In this document: positions 40,001 through 52,195 of the stretch, piece after piece | Layout of the letters: each line of letters starts with the position of its first letter | Position numbering within the stretch: the stretch's first letter is position 1 | Assembly: GCA_043228905.1 (NCBI GenBank) | Contig: JBHGNT010000016.1 | Location: forward strand, 8,370,001 to 8,434,000 | Length of the DNA: 64,000 nt | Direction of reading: 5' to 3' | From: Azolla caroliniana | Lineage: Eukaryota > Plantae > Polypodiophyta | Position numbers and translations under genes: made by a program | The notes under the pieces: model-generated | Databases searched by the model: none | The model's input: the letters and a program-made list of their open reading frames with translations, nothing else | Told to the model about the DNA's origin: nothing

Positions 40001-41357
40001 GCGGCGAACATCTTCTTCAAGTTCCCCCATGCCTCTTTAGGCATCTCGGCGTCTCGAATGTGTCTAAGCATGTGATCGTCGACACATGTTGCCAAGCAAT
40101 ACATGACTCGACTCGCGGCTTGCTCCCATGTTGAGTAGTCAGTGTTCTTCAAGTCGGGTCGATGTTATTGTGCATCGTTGATGTAGCTCCAATACCCTTG
40201 GCTAACGAGGTTTTGGGTCCAGTCTAGCTTTTCACTAGGGAGCAAGCTACCCATTTGTGTGTTCATTTTGATGTAGTGTCTTCCTTTTTCGATTTACTTC
40301 CCTCGATCACTTACACGTGCCACGTAGCGGCACTATGGTAGCCGATAGTCGTATTTTATCATCGGCGTCTCGAACACACAATCATGGAGTCGGGTGGGCT
40401 TAGTGGATGTGCTAAACCACACACTCTGATACCATGTTAAGAATTAGGTGAGTAACTACAGGTTAATTAGTACCTAATTATGTGATTAGTTAATAAGCGG
40501 AAGATTAAGTGATATGTGTGTATGTGTGTGAGAGGAAGAGGGAGAGAGGAAGTTAACACTTATGAACAACACAAGATGGGGGATGATTAACTCTTTATTA
40601 AATTAACATCATCATCATCAAAAACAAAAATACCCACAATGAGGTATATATACATCTCATGTGTAAAGGTGCACATGTGTGAGTAGAATATAGGTACTAA
40701 GGTGTAAGTCCTATATTAAATGTATTTAGGAGTGGAGGATCTAGAATATCCCACTTAAGTACAAGGTCCTATTTGAAGTTAAATCGTTGCCGGCCACAAC
40801 CGGTTTTGCGTGTGCGGAATAATAGTCAATCTAATGGAAAAAAAAACAGAATACAGAAATTGAGAATGACACAGATTTTAATGTGGAAACCCGAACTGGG
40901 AAAAAACCACGTGGAGTCCACAAACTCCGAAACAGAACTCTATGAGAGAAAAGAATACAATTAGAGATCTCAGAGGCAACGCCCTTGAGATCCTGCTTCG
41001 CCAACAGGTGGCTATGGAGCTCACATGCTTCCACTCACACTCGTTCACTCTCACAGTCACAGAGGCAACAACCTCGTCGATAGTAACTTTACAAATAATG
41101 AACATCCTAATATGATTGCCCTAAGTACTTATATACTAATGTACCCTTTCGACTATTTACAATTTTAGCCTTCCGTGTTGGCTGTCTTCCGAGTTGCTCA
41201 TCAACACGGTTCTTCTCACTTCCCATCCGGAGGGACTTGTTTCCTAACACTATTTAAGGCGTTATAATCAACACTCCTAACTAGATTCTATCTAGGTAAT
41301 TATGAAATTACATGGTCGAGTAAATAACTAAACTAAGTTGAGTTTGATCTCTCAACA
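37012..41357 (-). mobile_element. Copia J lacking RT and RNase H, inserted in E integrase
   Basis: LTRs 37012-37437 and 40435-41357 (the latter split by K); PBS 40424-40434; PPT at 37438; decayed TSD GTACT/ATATT restoring GGQYFVTF; only gag, protease and integrase present. Confidence 0.88.
40774..41249 (-). repeat. Solo LTR K (D/E-related) in the 5' LTR of J
   Basis: TG..CA ends, TSD CTATT on both sides, shares GTCCCT..ATGGGAAG and TTTCCAC motifs with D/E LTRs. Confidence 0.9.
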
Positions 41358-43484
41358 ATATTGTCCACCTCGATGCGACAAAGCACCTACATAACACACA
41401 TCCGTGTGTACTAGTTCCAATGCAGCTTCTCGTCTTCTTGGTGGTCTTGAGTGGAATGCTGCTCTATTCTGCTTTCCAACTAAGCAGTTGACGCACTTCT
41501 CCAGGTGCACTCCCTTTACCTCTGGTAGAAGCTTCTAGTCGGCCAACAGATGCAATCCCTTCTCACTCATGTGGCCTAGCCTCTTATGCCATAAATCTCC
41601 ACTCAAGTCGGCTGCCATATTTAGTTCTGACTTGCACACTTGGGCATGCATCATATACAATGTGCCCTCTTTCTGTGCTCGAGCCACTATGAGATTTCCT
41701 TGGCAGAACTTCCATTTTCCGTTTTGGAAGCTACCACTATAGCCTTCGTCGTCCAATCTTCTTGTCAATATTAGATTGTCGAACAGTCTTCAGAGTCACT
41801 CGACACACTGTCAACGTCGTCAAACAAACACTTTCGACTCCGGCTATCTTGCACTCCCCATTGTCACCCAATGATCACCGGTTATGTAAGTCAAGAAATA
41901 CTCTCTCGACGGAGTTATGTGGAAAGATGCACCGGAGTTGATTACCCATGTGCATTCTTTGCTTGCAAGATTTGCACTTGTCTGTAAACAAATGAACAAA
42001 AGTTCTTCATTGCTCGTAGCAATGGCTGAAGTGTTCTTTTCTTTAGGAATCTTCTTGGCTTCGACATTATTATCGACACTCTTTTCCTTCTTGAGGTGTC
42101 GGTAGTCCTTCTGGAAATGTCCAGGATTTCCACAATAAAAGCATACAAGCTTACCTCGGGACTTCGACTTGGCTTGAGACTTTTCTCTCCTTGGTGGACT
42201 CCTTTGCCGGTTTCTTCCTCTGCCGGTGTGTTGAGTCAAATTTGACTTTGACTGTACTAGGACACCCTTGTCCTTCCTTCTTGTTTCCGCATTCAAGATG
42301 CTTGTCTTCACCGCTTGTAAAGACAAGTTCTCTTCTTGAAAGGAGGTGCTGAGAGTAACCACTAAGTTCTCCCAACTATCTGGCAGTGTGCACATCAGTA
42401 GGATGGCCTGCATCACATCATCAAGGGGAAACTTGGTTGCAGCAAGTTGATTCACATACCCCATGAATGTGCTAATGTGTTCGACGATTCTCTCACCGTC
42501 TCTGTATTTTAGCCGTACGATTTTTCTCATCAGTGAGGTTTTATTGAAGGCTTTCATCCTCTCATATAGACCTGACAGCTTCAACCACATCTCGTGGGCA
42601 TTTGTGTCGTTCGCCACATGTTGAAGGACCTCTTACATCGACACATTGTTAGATGGTGGCCACCACCTTTTTGTTAAGAAGTTTCCATTCCGACTCTAAT
42701 ACCCACATGGGTATTTCTGGTCTATCGATTGGCTCGTACAAGTCTTTGACTATGAGAAGGTCTTCCATTTTGATATTCCAGTCTGCATAGTTCTGTGAGT
42801 TCAAAACTATCATACTTGGCAAGCTATTCACACCTCCTTCCATGCTTGAACCTCAAGCTTTGATACTATTTTGTTGGGAAATGAATCATCAATCCACAGG
42901 AAAAGGAATATGTTGAAATACATAACTCTGAAACACAGAAAACAGTGTACACAGATTTAACGTGGAAACCCTAAACGGGAAAAACCACGGTCACAATCTT
43001 CTCTGACACACACAGAGGATAACCTGCTTAGGGTTCCTCGCAAGTTCGTTGAACCTTACCGCTCTCTCTCATGCTCACACCCTCTCTCTTCTCTGTCGCG
43101 CTATGCTACAGAGGCTCACGCAATATTCTGTTCTACGCTCAAATTGTTTGCCCTAAGTATATTTATACTTATACCTTGTATGGGCTATCTATAAATGTAG
43201 ACACTATTGTTGTCATTCCTATTATTATATAATATTAATAATAGTCTTACTAATTAGCCGACTCATCCATCGATTGTTGGGTCGGTCCGACTATTCATCC
43301 TGGTCATCGACCATTCGATTGGCCCGACTAGTCGGTCGTGTCTTTGACCTTGATCAACTCTCTCTGAGTCGACTCCTCAACCGTCGACTCTCATCCAATC
43401 AGTCAGCTACTCCCTATCCTCGACTATCGGCTCTCTCTGAGCAGTCGGCTCCTCTCACTGAAGGGACATATTCCTAACATAGAA

Positions 43485-43895
43485 GTCCCTAGAATAAGGA
43501 GAACTTGGGGACGAGGTCGAAGTCAAAGGGGAGACCCACCTGCTTCTATTGTGGGAAGCCGGGGCACATCCAAAAGAATTGCCAACACTTCCAGAAAGAG
43601 AAAGGGGGAATTGATGGTGTTAAGCCGAAAAAGATCTCGGACAGTAAGAACACCTCAGCCATTGCCGCGAGCGAGGAGTTATTGTTGATTAGTGAACACA
43701 ACAAAGCTAATCTCGTCGGTGATGAATCGACATTGGTGGTTGATTCCGGTGTGTTGTTTCACCTGACCCCCAATAGAGAGTGCGTCTCATCGTACACAAT
43801 CGGTGACTACGACTACGTGAAGATGGGGCATGCTGGATTGTGGGAATCGACAATGTATGTTTGCTGACATCGATAGGTTGCAGAATGGTACTTCA
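43485..43895 (+). pseudogene. Continuation of Copia D gag knuckle and protease, truncated
   Basis: RSKSKGRPTCFYCGKPGHIQKNC, VVDSGVLFH. Confidence 0.85.
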
Positions 43896-45818
43896 GTAAA
43901 TGCATCAAGGGAAGAGGTGTGATACCAATGAGCCACAATGGACTTAACCTGATTGCTTGATTTATCCTTCATTATTTACAAAATTTTAGCAATCCAAAAT
44001 GGATGGCCCAAATCACCATCCCTAGCTAATGTTGCACCCAACATCCCAACTTGTAGCTCATACAAAGTGCCTTGCCATCTTGCATCTACAATACACGATA
44101 TTCTTGGTCGCGCGTAAATATCTCTCTGTCGTGGGCAACCTAGATTATTGAGTTCATCATTATCAATTGATTGATGGTCAACAACTAAAAAAATTTACGG
44201 TACACCAATATTCCATGTGAATGCATTTTGGACTAGCCAATCTCCGGCAATGTAGTTTTTTAAAATTGTATGTTGATGGTTAAAGAAGGTATCCCACCAT
44301 TCAAAATTGTACACTCTGAAGAAGCCGAGGACGGAGCCAACCGAACAAGGGGGAGACTGAGCCAAAGAAGGCAAGGTAGGTGGTAGAGCCAAGAAGGAAG
44401 AGCCAAACTAAGAATGGAGGCCAAGACCAGGACATGGTCAGATGTAGTCAAGGGCCTACAAGAAGACGAGTCGGAGACAATTGACTCAGTTGATGGAAGT
44501 GATTTGGAAGAACCAAGTCGCATGAAGGCCAATTGAATGAGAAGGCGGCCAAAGACAATGCCAAGGCGGGAGAGGTGACGGATCAAGGGGTGCCGAAGTC
44601 GTCGAGGCAAGAAGAAGGCCGACGAGGGACTTAGCAACAGACAAGCCTACCAGATAGGTCGAGGAGCGCGGGGACCAGATAGGTCGTGGAGCACGAGCAC
44701 GGAGGCGTGAAGCTAGGAGAAGTCGGAGTGAAGAACCAACAAAGCAGGAGGAACCTCAAGTTGAGCTTGAGGGGGAATGTTGAGAAACAAGCTTGACATG
44801 AGCCGGATCAGCTAAAGACCGTCAGTTGGGTCGACTAAATAAGCCGACAGCCGAAGCGGCTAAGGAAAGTTGGCTGAATAAGCCGACAATTGGGCAACCT
44901 AGGAAAAGAGCCTATATTCATAGTCTTAGTATTAGGAATATTTTAGGGAGTTAGTGTCATAGGCTCTTTATGAGCTTTCAAGTACTAACAGTGCTTGTGT
45001 CAACCCGCTGTCAGGGCTTGTATAGAAAGTGCTCTTTGAGCACATTTGTATATACAAAGTGTATTTTTGAATAAAAAGTGCTCTCTAAGCACATTTGTAT
45101 GTATAGAGTGTATTTTTGAATCTGATTTTTCTAGTTTTCTACTCTCTCTATCTCTCTCTTGCTCCCGCTTACTGTATTTTTGTTTTCTCTGTGTTTTACC
45201 TAACTGTGGCTGAGCCGACTGTGTTGTTCTCAAGCTTCCGCATATGAAACCCTTTACACCCATCACCATCCATGCAGAAGCATTTAAAATCATACACTTC
45301 ATTCAATTGATGTACTTATGGCTTCAGGGTATAAGCGTCACTGATAAACTTTGTTAGTGTCGGCAGCGTGAAAGCATTGCATTGTGCTAATTTCTTTGAG
45401 AATCTACTAAACAGTTGATCTATATGATCATGGGTATGACCAACTAAACTAGTAAGAAGTTGACCGGGAGTTGACCTTAATCTTCTTAAATAAGCCCTTC
45501 TCTACTAGCATGCTTAAATAACCGAAAACAATCGAGTTTTTGTTTTCTCTATTGTTTTGTCGAGTTGCACGTATAGAAGGGGCAAGAGTATACCTAGCCA
45601 AGATTGTAACACTCTTTACATGACTGTGATTGTAAGATTAGGGTCGTTGTAGATATTAGGATAAGTTAAGAATACTTGAGGCCTTATTGTCTGACAATAC
45701 AACAAACAACCTACTAAATGCATTTGTACAAGGCATTCATCTCCAATTTCCTTTGGCAACCTTTGAAAGTGTGGCAAACAATGTCTTCTGATTAATGATG
45801 TCAATAATCATACACATT
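43896..45818 (-). pseudogene. Decayed DDD-type transposase relic, Sola/DUF7869-like, interrupted at 44312-45258
   Basis: Hand translation across frameshifts: CMIID..QKT.LPHFQRLPK, YNDPNLTITV, LYVQLDK..KNKN, FLLVGHTHDHIDQLFS, VYDFK; C-terminal WW..F and PFWIAKI..HWY; family assignment from recall. Confidence 0.65.
44312..45258 (+). mobile_element. 3' fragment of an A-family Copia (C-terminal extension, PPT, LTR 44778-45258)
   Basis: RTWSDVVKGL motif, GAGGGGGAA followed by TGTTGAGAAACAAGC, ends TTTACA. Confidence 0.85.
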
Positions 45819-45819
45819 T

Positions 45820-46700
45820 GCTTAGCTTCCAGTTCGTCGGTAGTGTCGAGCCGACCAGTTTGGCGCTTTCCATGCCTAATCTCTAGAGCACCTTTGTCAC
45901 GTATTTTTCTTGTGATAGCCACAACAATTTCTTTGTTCAATCCCAAACAATGTGCATCCCCAATATTTGCTTTGCCGAACCCATATCCTTCATTGAAAAC
46001 GATCTGCTCAAGGCCTTCTTTAGCACTTGCATCTTCATATGGTTCCGTCCGACAATCAATATGTCATCCATGTACAACAGAAGGATGAGGAAATCTCCTC
46101 CGTCGAGTTTCTTCATGAATACGTAGTGATCGGCCTACATTTTGTGGTACCCGTTGTCAGTCATGAAGGATTCGAATTTTTGGTACCATTACCGAGGTGC
46201 TTGCTTCAACCTCTACAAGATCTTCCTTAATCAGCATACCAGGTTCTCTTTACCTTTCTCTACAAATCCTTTCGGCTGGTGCATATAGATCTCCTCTTCG
46301 AGATCATTGTGTAGAAATGTCGTCTTGACATCCAATTGCTCGACTTTGAGATCCATGCTAGCCGCGATGCTCAGCACGGTTCGGATTGACGTCATCTTTA
46401 TGATCGGGGCAAATATTTTGTCAAAATCGACACCCTTCTTCTGCTTAAAATGTTTCACGACGATTCGTGCTTTGTACCTAGGTGGATTCCTGCCATCTCC
46501 TAGTTTCAACTTGTATACCCATTTATTCTGAAGTGCCTTCTTTCCTCTCGGCAACTCGGTCAGTTCATATGTGTGGTTCTCATGCAAAGAATTCATCTCT
46601 TCTTGCATGGCAGTCAACCCGTTTCGGTTGTGGGTATCTTCCTTGGCTTCTTCAAAGCTTTCCGCCTCCCCCTCATCGGTTAGCAGTACATGCTCGGTGT
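45820..46700 (-). pseudogene. Copia (Tork-like) RT fragment without LTRs
   Basis: AMQEEMNSL, KWVYKLK, QLDVKTTFLH, WLSQEKYV. Confidence 0.85.
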
Positions 46701-47327
46701 TTCATCGTGTAGTGGAGATTCTATTGGTATGCAACCTTCAACTGCATCGCATGCATGAATACGGTATAAAATCTCTAGCTGAAACTTATGGTACATTGAT
46801 ATATTTGTGATGGTAGAACTTCTCAAATCCTTTGGAAAACTTGACCTTGATAATGATAAGAAATCTACAATTGACCAAATAAAAGGTATAGTTGATGGTG
46901 ATTGCATCCTCTGTTCATATCCGAAGTTTAGAAAGACATTTTTTTAAAATTCGAATTGTTTCTTGATGCACATTGCAGATGGAGTAGATGAATGAAAATT
47001 AACAGTAGAGTTGTGTAAAGCTTATCTCCGTGAAAATGGGCTTTGACTTACTAGAACAAAAATTGTTCTCTTAGAACGGATTCCAGCACACAGACGGCAG
47101 TAGACGGCAATCGACGTCAGCAGACGGCAGCGCGGCAATAGACGGCGACAGACGGCAGCAGACGACAACGGACATCAAAGGCAGCAGCGCGGCAACAGAC
47201 GAGAGCACGATGGGGGGGAGAGAGAGAGAGTGCAGCACAGTAGCAGGCGACGACAAACGTCACAGACGGCATCGTGGCAACAGCAGCACGACTGTTGCAG
47301 AGAGAGGCAGCACGACCGTTGCAGAGA

Positions 47328-47331
<4 letters not shown>

Positions 47332-47371
<40 letters not shown>
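47332..47371. repeat. (GA)n microsatellite after a GACGGCA-rich low-complexity tract
   Basis: Direct inspection. Confidence 0.9.
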
Positions 47372-47375
<4 letters not shown>

Positions 47376-48815
47376 AGGATTCAAGAGTAAAAAACAGTTA
47401 GCTTGATTCGAGGGGCCTTTATTCCCCTATTATAAGCATTCAATTTAAAGGATGCCCTCCTTGACGAGCTGAAAACTCAATGAGCAAAACTAACTCGGCC
47501 TGTTAACGGGTGGGGGGTGAAGCCTAGATTGGCTCCACCCCCCTCCCAAAGGGGGTTACGTGTAAAGGAAAGAGAAGTAAAGAAAAATAGAAAATGACAC
47601 AAATGTGAGAGGGGAAAAATGTATCATCATTACATGCCCATAAGGGGTTTATATAATACATCTAATGTAACGGTTACATAACCATTATAAAGAAGACCGT
47701 TACACATTCTTATACACATGCACATAATTGTGCATGTGTCCATACACATACTCATCCTCACACACTCATTTACTTTACATAGACACATCAACCACATCAT
47801 TACACCTACCCTTATGCCTCCCCCTATATTCTTACGAGTAACACATGGCATGCCTATGGGACAATGCATTGCATAGTGAACCCACTCACCATGGCAACTC
47901 TTCCCGACCGAAACTCCATCAGTCGTCTCAACGGTCGGAAATCCCTTGACCAGATCATAGCTCTATGATCGGTAACTTCAATCGGAGCATTGCTTGACTC
48001 GAACCTTCTCGTTCGATCAGCACAAGTCATGATTGGATCATACACCAATTGGCTAGTTCAATGTGGTATGGGTCGTGAAATTGTGTTGTGTGTTTGTGTA
48101 AATTTTCTTTCGTCATGTGAAGTGAGTTTTATATTTTGTACCCTTTGGTCTTTAAAATTTTGCCCTCAAATTTTTAATTTTTTTTATCATAGGCCCTTCT
48201 GTTTTTTTTGACATATTCTCTTCTACCCTCCCGTTTTTTAAATTTCATCATCTGCCCTTGAGCTTTTGAAATTCCATTGATGTTGCCCTCGAGCTTCTAA
48301 AATTTCGTCAATACGTCCTCCGATTTTCGAAATTTTGCGTCTCATTTACTTCTCTCTGTTTCCTTTTCTTCCCATGTTCTTCTTTTCTGTTGTCGTCTCT
48401 TCTCTGTTTGTCTTCATCTTCATATCTACTCGTGCTATAACCATTGTGCATGTGCCATGCCTTTAACGTGTTTCTCTTGCTTCTCCTCTGTCTTCAGATG
48501 TGATATTGTCATCACTTTCTTGTTCTTTTTGGAGCTTCTTCTTCTATCTGCCTCTTTCTCTTCCAACAGAACAGGGGTTCTAGCTTGCTATCCCATGCAC
48601 AAGCTCTCGACCTTAAAAATTGCTGGCCATGATCTCCTGCATCCTTATCATCCTCAAAATTAGGATCGGCACTTATACTTATGTGGCGGCAGCGGCATCG
48701 ATGGCGCTGATGTATTTGATTTTACTACTGCGTGGCCAGATGAATCAGATTTCTAGGGTTTTAGGAGATGGCAGTGGCGGCGATGGCGCGAAGGCGGCTA
48801 TTGCGATGGCCCCTC

Positions 48816-49033
48816 GTTCTTGGCTCTCGACCCATGATGACTGCCCTTGGTACATATCGACCTCCAGTAGCCTCATTGAAATAAACATCGATCCTCTCTA
48901 GCTGAAGAACTGAATCTCCATGATACGAACCCGTGGGATCTATATCATGCTCGTCACAAATGACCTCCCAAAACTTTGAGCCAATCTGATTTCCATACTG
49001 ACCCCTTGATTGCAGAGAATCCCTTAGACTCAT
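48816..49033 (-). pseudogene. TUB: Captured beta-tubulin N-terminal fragment (~70 codons)
   Basis: [52 protein letters not shown]; damaged start. Confidence 0.93.
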
Positions 49034-49052
49034 TTTTCTTGCGAATACCATT

Positions 49053-49690
49053 AAAGAGCCATCTACTCCAGTTATGAGCACACCAGCCCACGAAGGAATG
49101 TAATCCTCAGACGAGATGCGCGCCGAGCAATGGCACTGTTGATGACCTCTTGGATATCAGCTCCGATGATGGCAACCCCAACCATACCATGATCCATAGA
49201 ACAATTTGAGCCTAGAAAGGGTATTTGTCTCTGCAGAGTTGAGCCAGGTCCCATTAGTAGCGATTCCAAGTTGAGCCGAATGCATCTGAAGAACGAAACC
49301 CATTGCAATGGTCCATAGGACGAGCCATAATAGGGAGTAACCGGCCACCACACCTGATTGCAGGGTACTTTCGATGTTCCCAGAATCTAGGTATGCGATA
49401 CTCATGAGGAATCAGGGCCCGTGAAGAGCCAGAGCTTCTTCCATGAGAAAGGGGGAACCTTCCATGGCCTCCCAAGACTTCCAATGCGGAGTGTGAGATT
49501 CGCTATAGGACTGCGCAGGGGCACAAGCTTGCGTAGTAAGCTTGATAGGAGCGACCTTCTCAGCTCTCAACTCCATGATGGGAGGATGCATCTTAAGCTT
49601 CCCAACCAGAGCCATGGGAATACTATTCTCAACATAAGAAATGCTCCTTTTCTCCTTATCATCGTCTTCTTCTTCAGGAAGCATACACAC
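49053..49690 (-). pseudogene. NRAMP: Captured NRAMP metal-transporter 5' fragment
   Basis: [55 protein letters not shown] across frameshifts; upstream limit approximate. Confidence 0.9.
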
Positions 49691-50567
49691 AAATACACAA
49701 AACACAACACAGACGCCGACGCAGACACAAACCTAGAGATCTGAAGACAGATAACTTCTGGGGTAGCTAGGGTTTTAGGCAGAGAGAGAGAGAGAGAGAG
49801 AGAAGTGAGGGTTTCTTCAAGAACCAGACACATGCTTTCTTTTATTAGGGGAGCTTCCTGTTCCATTTAGCTTTCTTCAGTTTTATACGCATCCTTCCTT
49901 ACTTCAAATCAATGGAGCAAAAACTTAAGCTTTCTATCTCTCATCACACACACAGAGACGACTCTCAACACACAATAGACAGATAGAAAAACACACAAAG
50001 AGGGAGAGAGCTATAGACTTCCTCTCAAGGGCGTGCCAGTGTTAATGGGTGGGTGGTGAAGCCTAGATTGGCTCCACCCCCCTCCCAAAGGGGGTTTACG
50101 TATGAGGGAAAGAGAAGTAAAGAAAAATAGAAAATGACACAAATGTGAGAGGGGAAAAATGTATCTTTATTACATGCCCATAAGGGGTTTATATAATACA
50201 TCTAATGTAACGGTTACATGACCGTTATAAATAAGACCGTTACACATTCTTGTACACATGCACGTAATTGTGCATGTGTCCATACACATACTCATATCCT
50301 CACACACTCATTTATTTTACACATACACATAAACCACATCATTACACCTACCCTTATGCCTCCCCCTATATTCTTACGCGTAACACGACTAAAATCGGGC
50401 GCACTAGGTGGCTGTAAAGTGTAAACAACGTCACCCCCTTTGACTCCTTAGTTCGAGACCCCTGTGGTCCCATTCAGTCTACACGCACATGCGAAATCAA
50501 CGCGATAACATAAAGACTCCTACGATTACTCAAAATATGGGCTCTAACCTTTAGTACACACATATGA

Positions 50568-52195
50568 TGTTGGATATTTACGTACTCTTTGATATCATCC
50601 TTTGAGTGTTGTAGCACATCAACACTTTACTCTTTCACCCTCATCACACTCAACTTTGTGTACATCTCGTACAATAACATTGAGTTCCTTGTCCATGCAA
50701 ATAGACACCCATAAACACACCCATGGATATATAGGTTAATAAATGTATCATATTAAGACGTTCACAATGTACTTTACTACATTTTACCTTGAATTGCATT
50801 AGATCTTAGGAATATAATAATCTCTAGTGTCTAACTCTATGGTGTCATCTGTGGAGCGTATTTAGGGGTAATGGAAACAAAGCACACTTGTCGAAGCTTG
50901 CCTCTCGTATCCACCCAGTCGTAGTTATTCCTTCATGCCTCTCACTCAAATTTTCAAAATTCAGATTTTATCACGCCATATCATGGCGCACTTCGTTAGC
51001 TCTAATTCGCCTATTTGAACTCTAAAATTCGATATCATACGAGGAAGGTATGAGCTTTCTGATTCACATAGCGACTCTAGTTAATCCCTACATGATTTCT
51101 ACCACAAGTTTACTTTTTCCTTCATGTCTCTCGCTCTAAATTTCACAATTCAGATTTTATCACGCCATATCATGGCGCACTTCGTTAGCTCTGATTCACC
51201 TATTTGAACTCTAAAATCCGATATCATACGAGGAAGGTATGAGCTTTCTTATTCACTCATGCGCTCTTGTCTCTCCTTACATGATTTCTACCACAACTTT
51301 ACTTTTTCCTTCATATCGCTCGCTCTAAATTTCAAAATTCAGATTTTATCCGCCATATCATAGATCACTTCCTTAGCTCTGATTCACCTATTTGAACTCT
51401 AAAATCCGATATCCTACGAGGAAGGTATGAGCTTTCTGATTCACTCAGGCGCTTGTGTCTCTCCCTACATGATTTCTGCCACAAGTTTACTTTTTCCTTC
51501 ATGTCTCTCGCTCTAAATTTCAAAATTCAAATTTTATCATGCCATATTATAGACCACTTCCTTAGCTCTGATTCACCTATTTGAATTCTAAAATCTGATA
51601 TCACACGAGGAAGGTATGAGCTTTTTAATTCACTGAGGCGCTCTTGTCTCTCCCTACATGATTTCTGCCACAAGTTTACTTTTTCCTTCATGCCTCTTGC
51701 TTTAAATTTCAACTGTGCTTTCGTACTTTTTTCTTCATGCCTCTCGTATCCACCCAATCAGGTGAAGATTGTTGCCAAGGCTGTTGCCTTGAGGCTAGTA
51801 CATACTCTCTAGTCAAAACCTAGAGAGTTTGTACTCAATTGTATTTGCTATTGTGTAGCCAAGGCTATTGCCTTGAGATTTGTACGTTCCTCTAGTCCAA
51901 ACCTAGAGAGGTCGTACTTAGTTTGTAATCTTTGTTTTCTATCCACCCGATTGGGTGAAGGTTGTAACCAAGGCCATTGCCTTGAGGTAGATACACTCCT
52001 CTAGTGAGGTCGTATTCCATTCTACTCAAAATTATAGTGAAGTTTTTTGGAACTTATGGTTCTCGTGGTTTTTCCCTACTTTGGGTTTTCCACGTTAAAA
52101 TTTTTGGTGTACTCTCATTTTCGTCTTGTGGTTTCATCAAGTGTTAATTGTGTTTGAAGTTTAAATCATCCCGATTCAATCTCATATTCCCAACA
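50568..52195 (+). repeat. Probable long solo LTR containing a tandem array
   Basis: TGTTGG..CCAACA ends and U5-like GGTTTTTCCC..GGGTTTTCCACGTTAAA; no matching TSD found, so left end uncertain. Confidence 0.45.
50928..51710. repeat. Tandem array of ~189-bp units, ~4.1 copies
   Basis: TTCCTTCAT anchor at 50928, 51117, 51306, 51494, 51683. Confidence 0.93.

Larger units (their letters stand above)
15965..43479 (-). mobile_element. Copia E (Tork-like), expanded to 27.5 kb by nested insertions
   Basis: TSD TAGAA at 15960-15964 and 43480-43484; 5' LTR 42872-43479 similar to 3' LTR remnant 15965-~16203; decayed PBS ~42857-42868; gag/protease 41358-42843, integrase/RT 35248-37011, RT end 24311-24602. 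Confidence 0.88.
47501..50385. mobile_element. Non-autonomous LTR element L (TRIM/LARD-like) carrying host gene fragments; orientation ambiguous
   Basis: Direct repeats 47501-47843 and 50040-50385 (TGTTA..TAACA); possible decayed TSD CGGCC/CGACT; tRNA-Arg PBS-like motif at both inner junctions; no retroelement ORFs. Confidence 0.88.

Noticed and set aside
48761-49866. NRAMP and beta-tubulin as functional host genes
   Set aside because: Truncated, frameshifted, fused to each other and enclosed by LTRs
50928-51710. CRISPR-like array
   Set aside because: Contiguous long units without unique spacers; eukaryotic context
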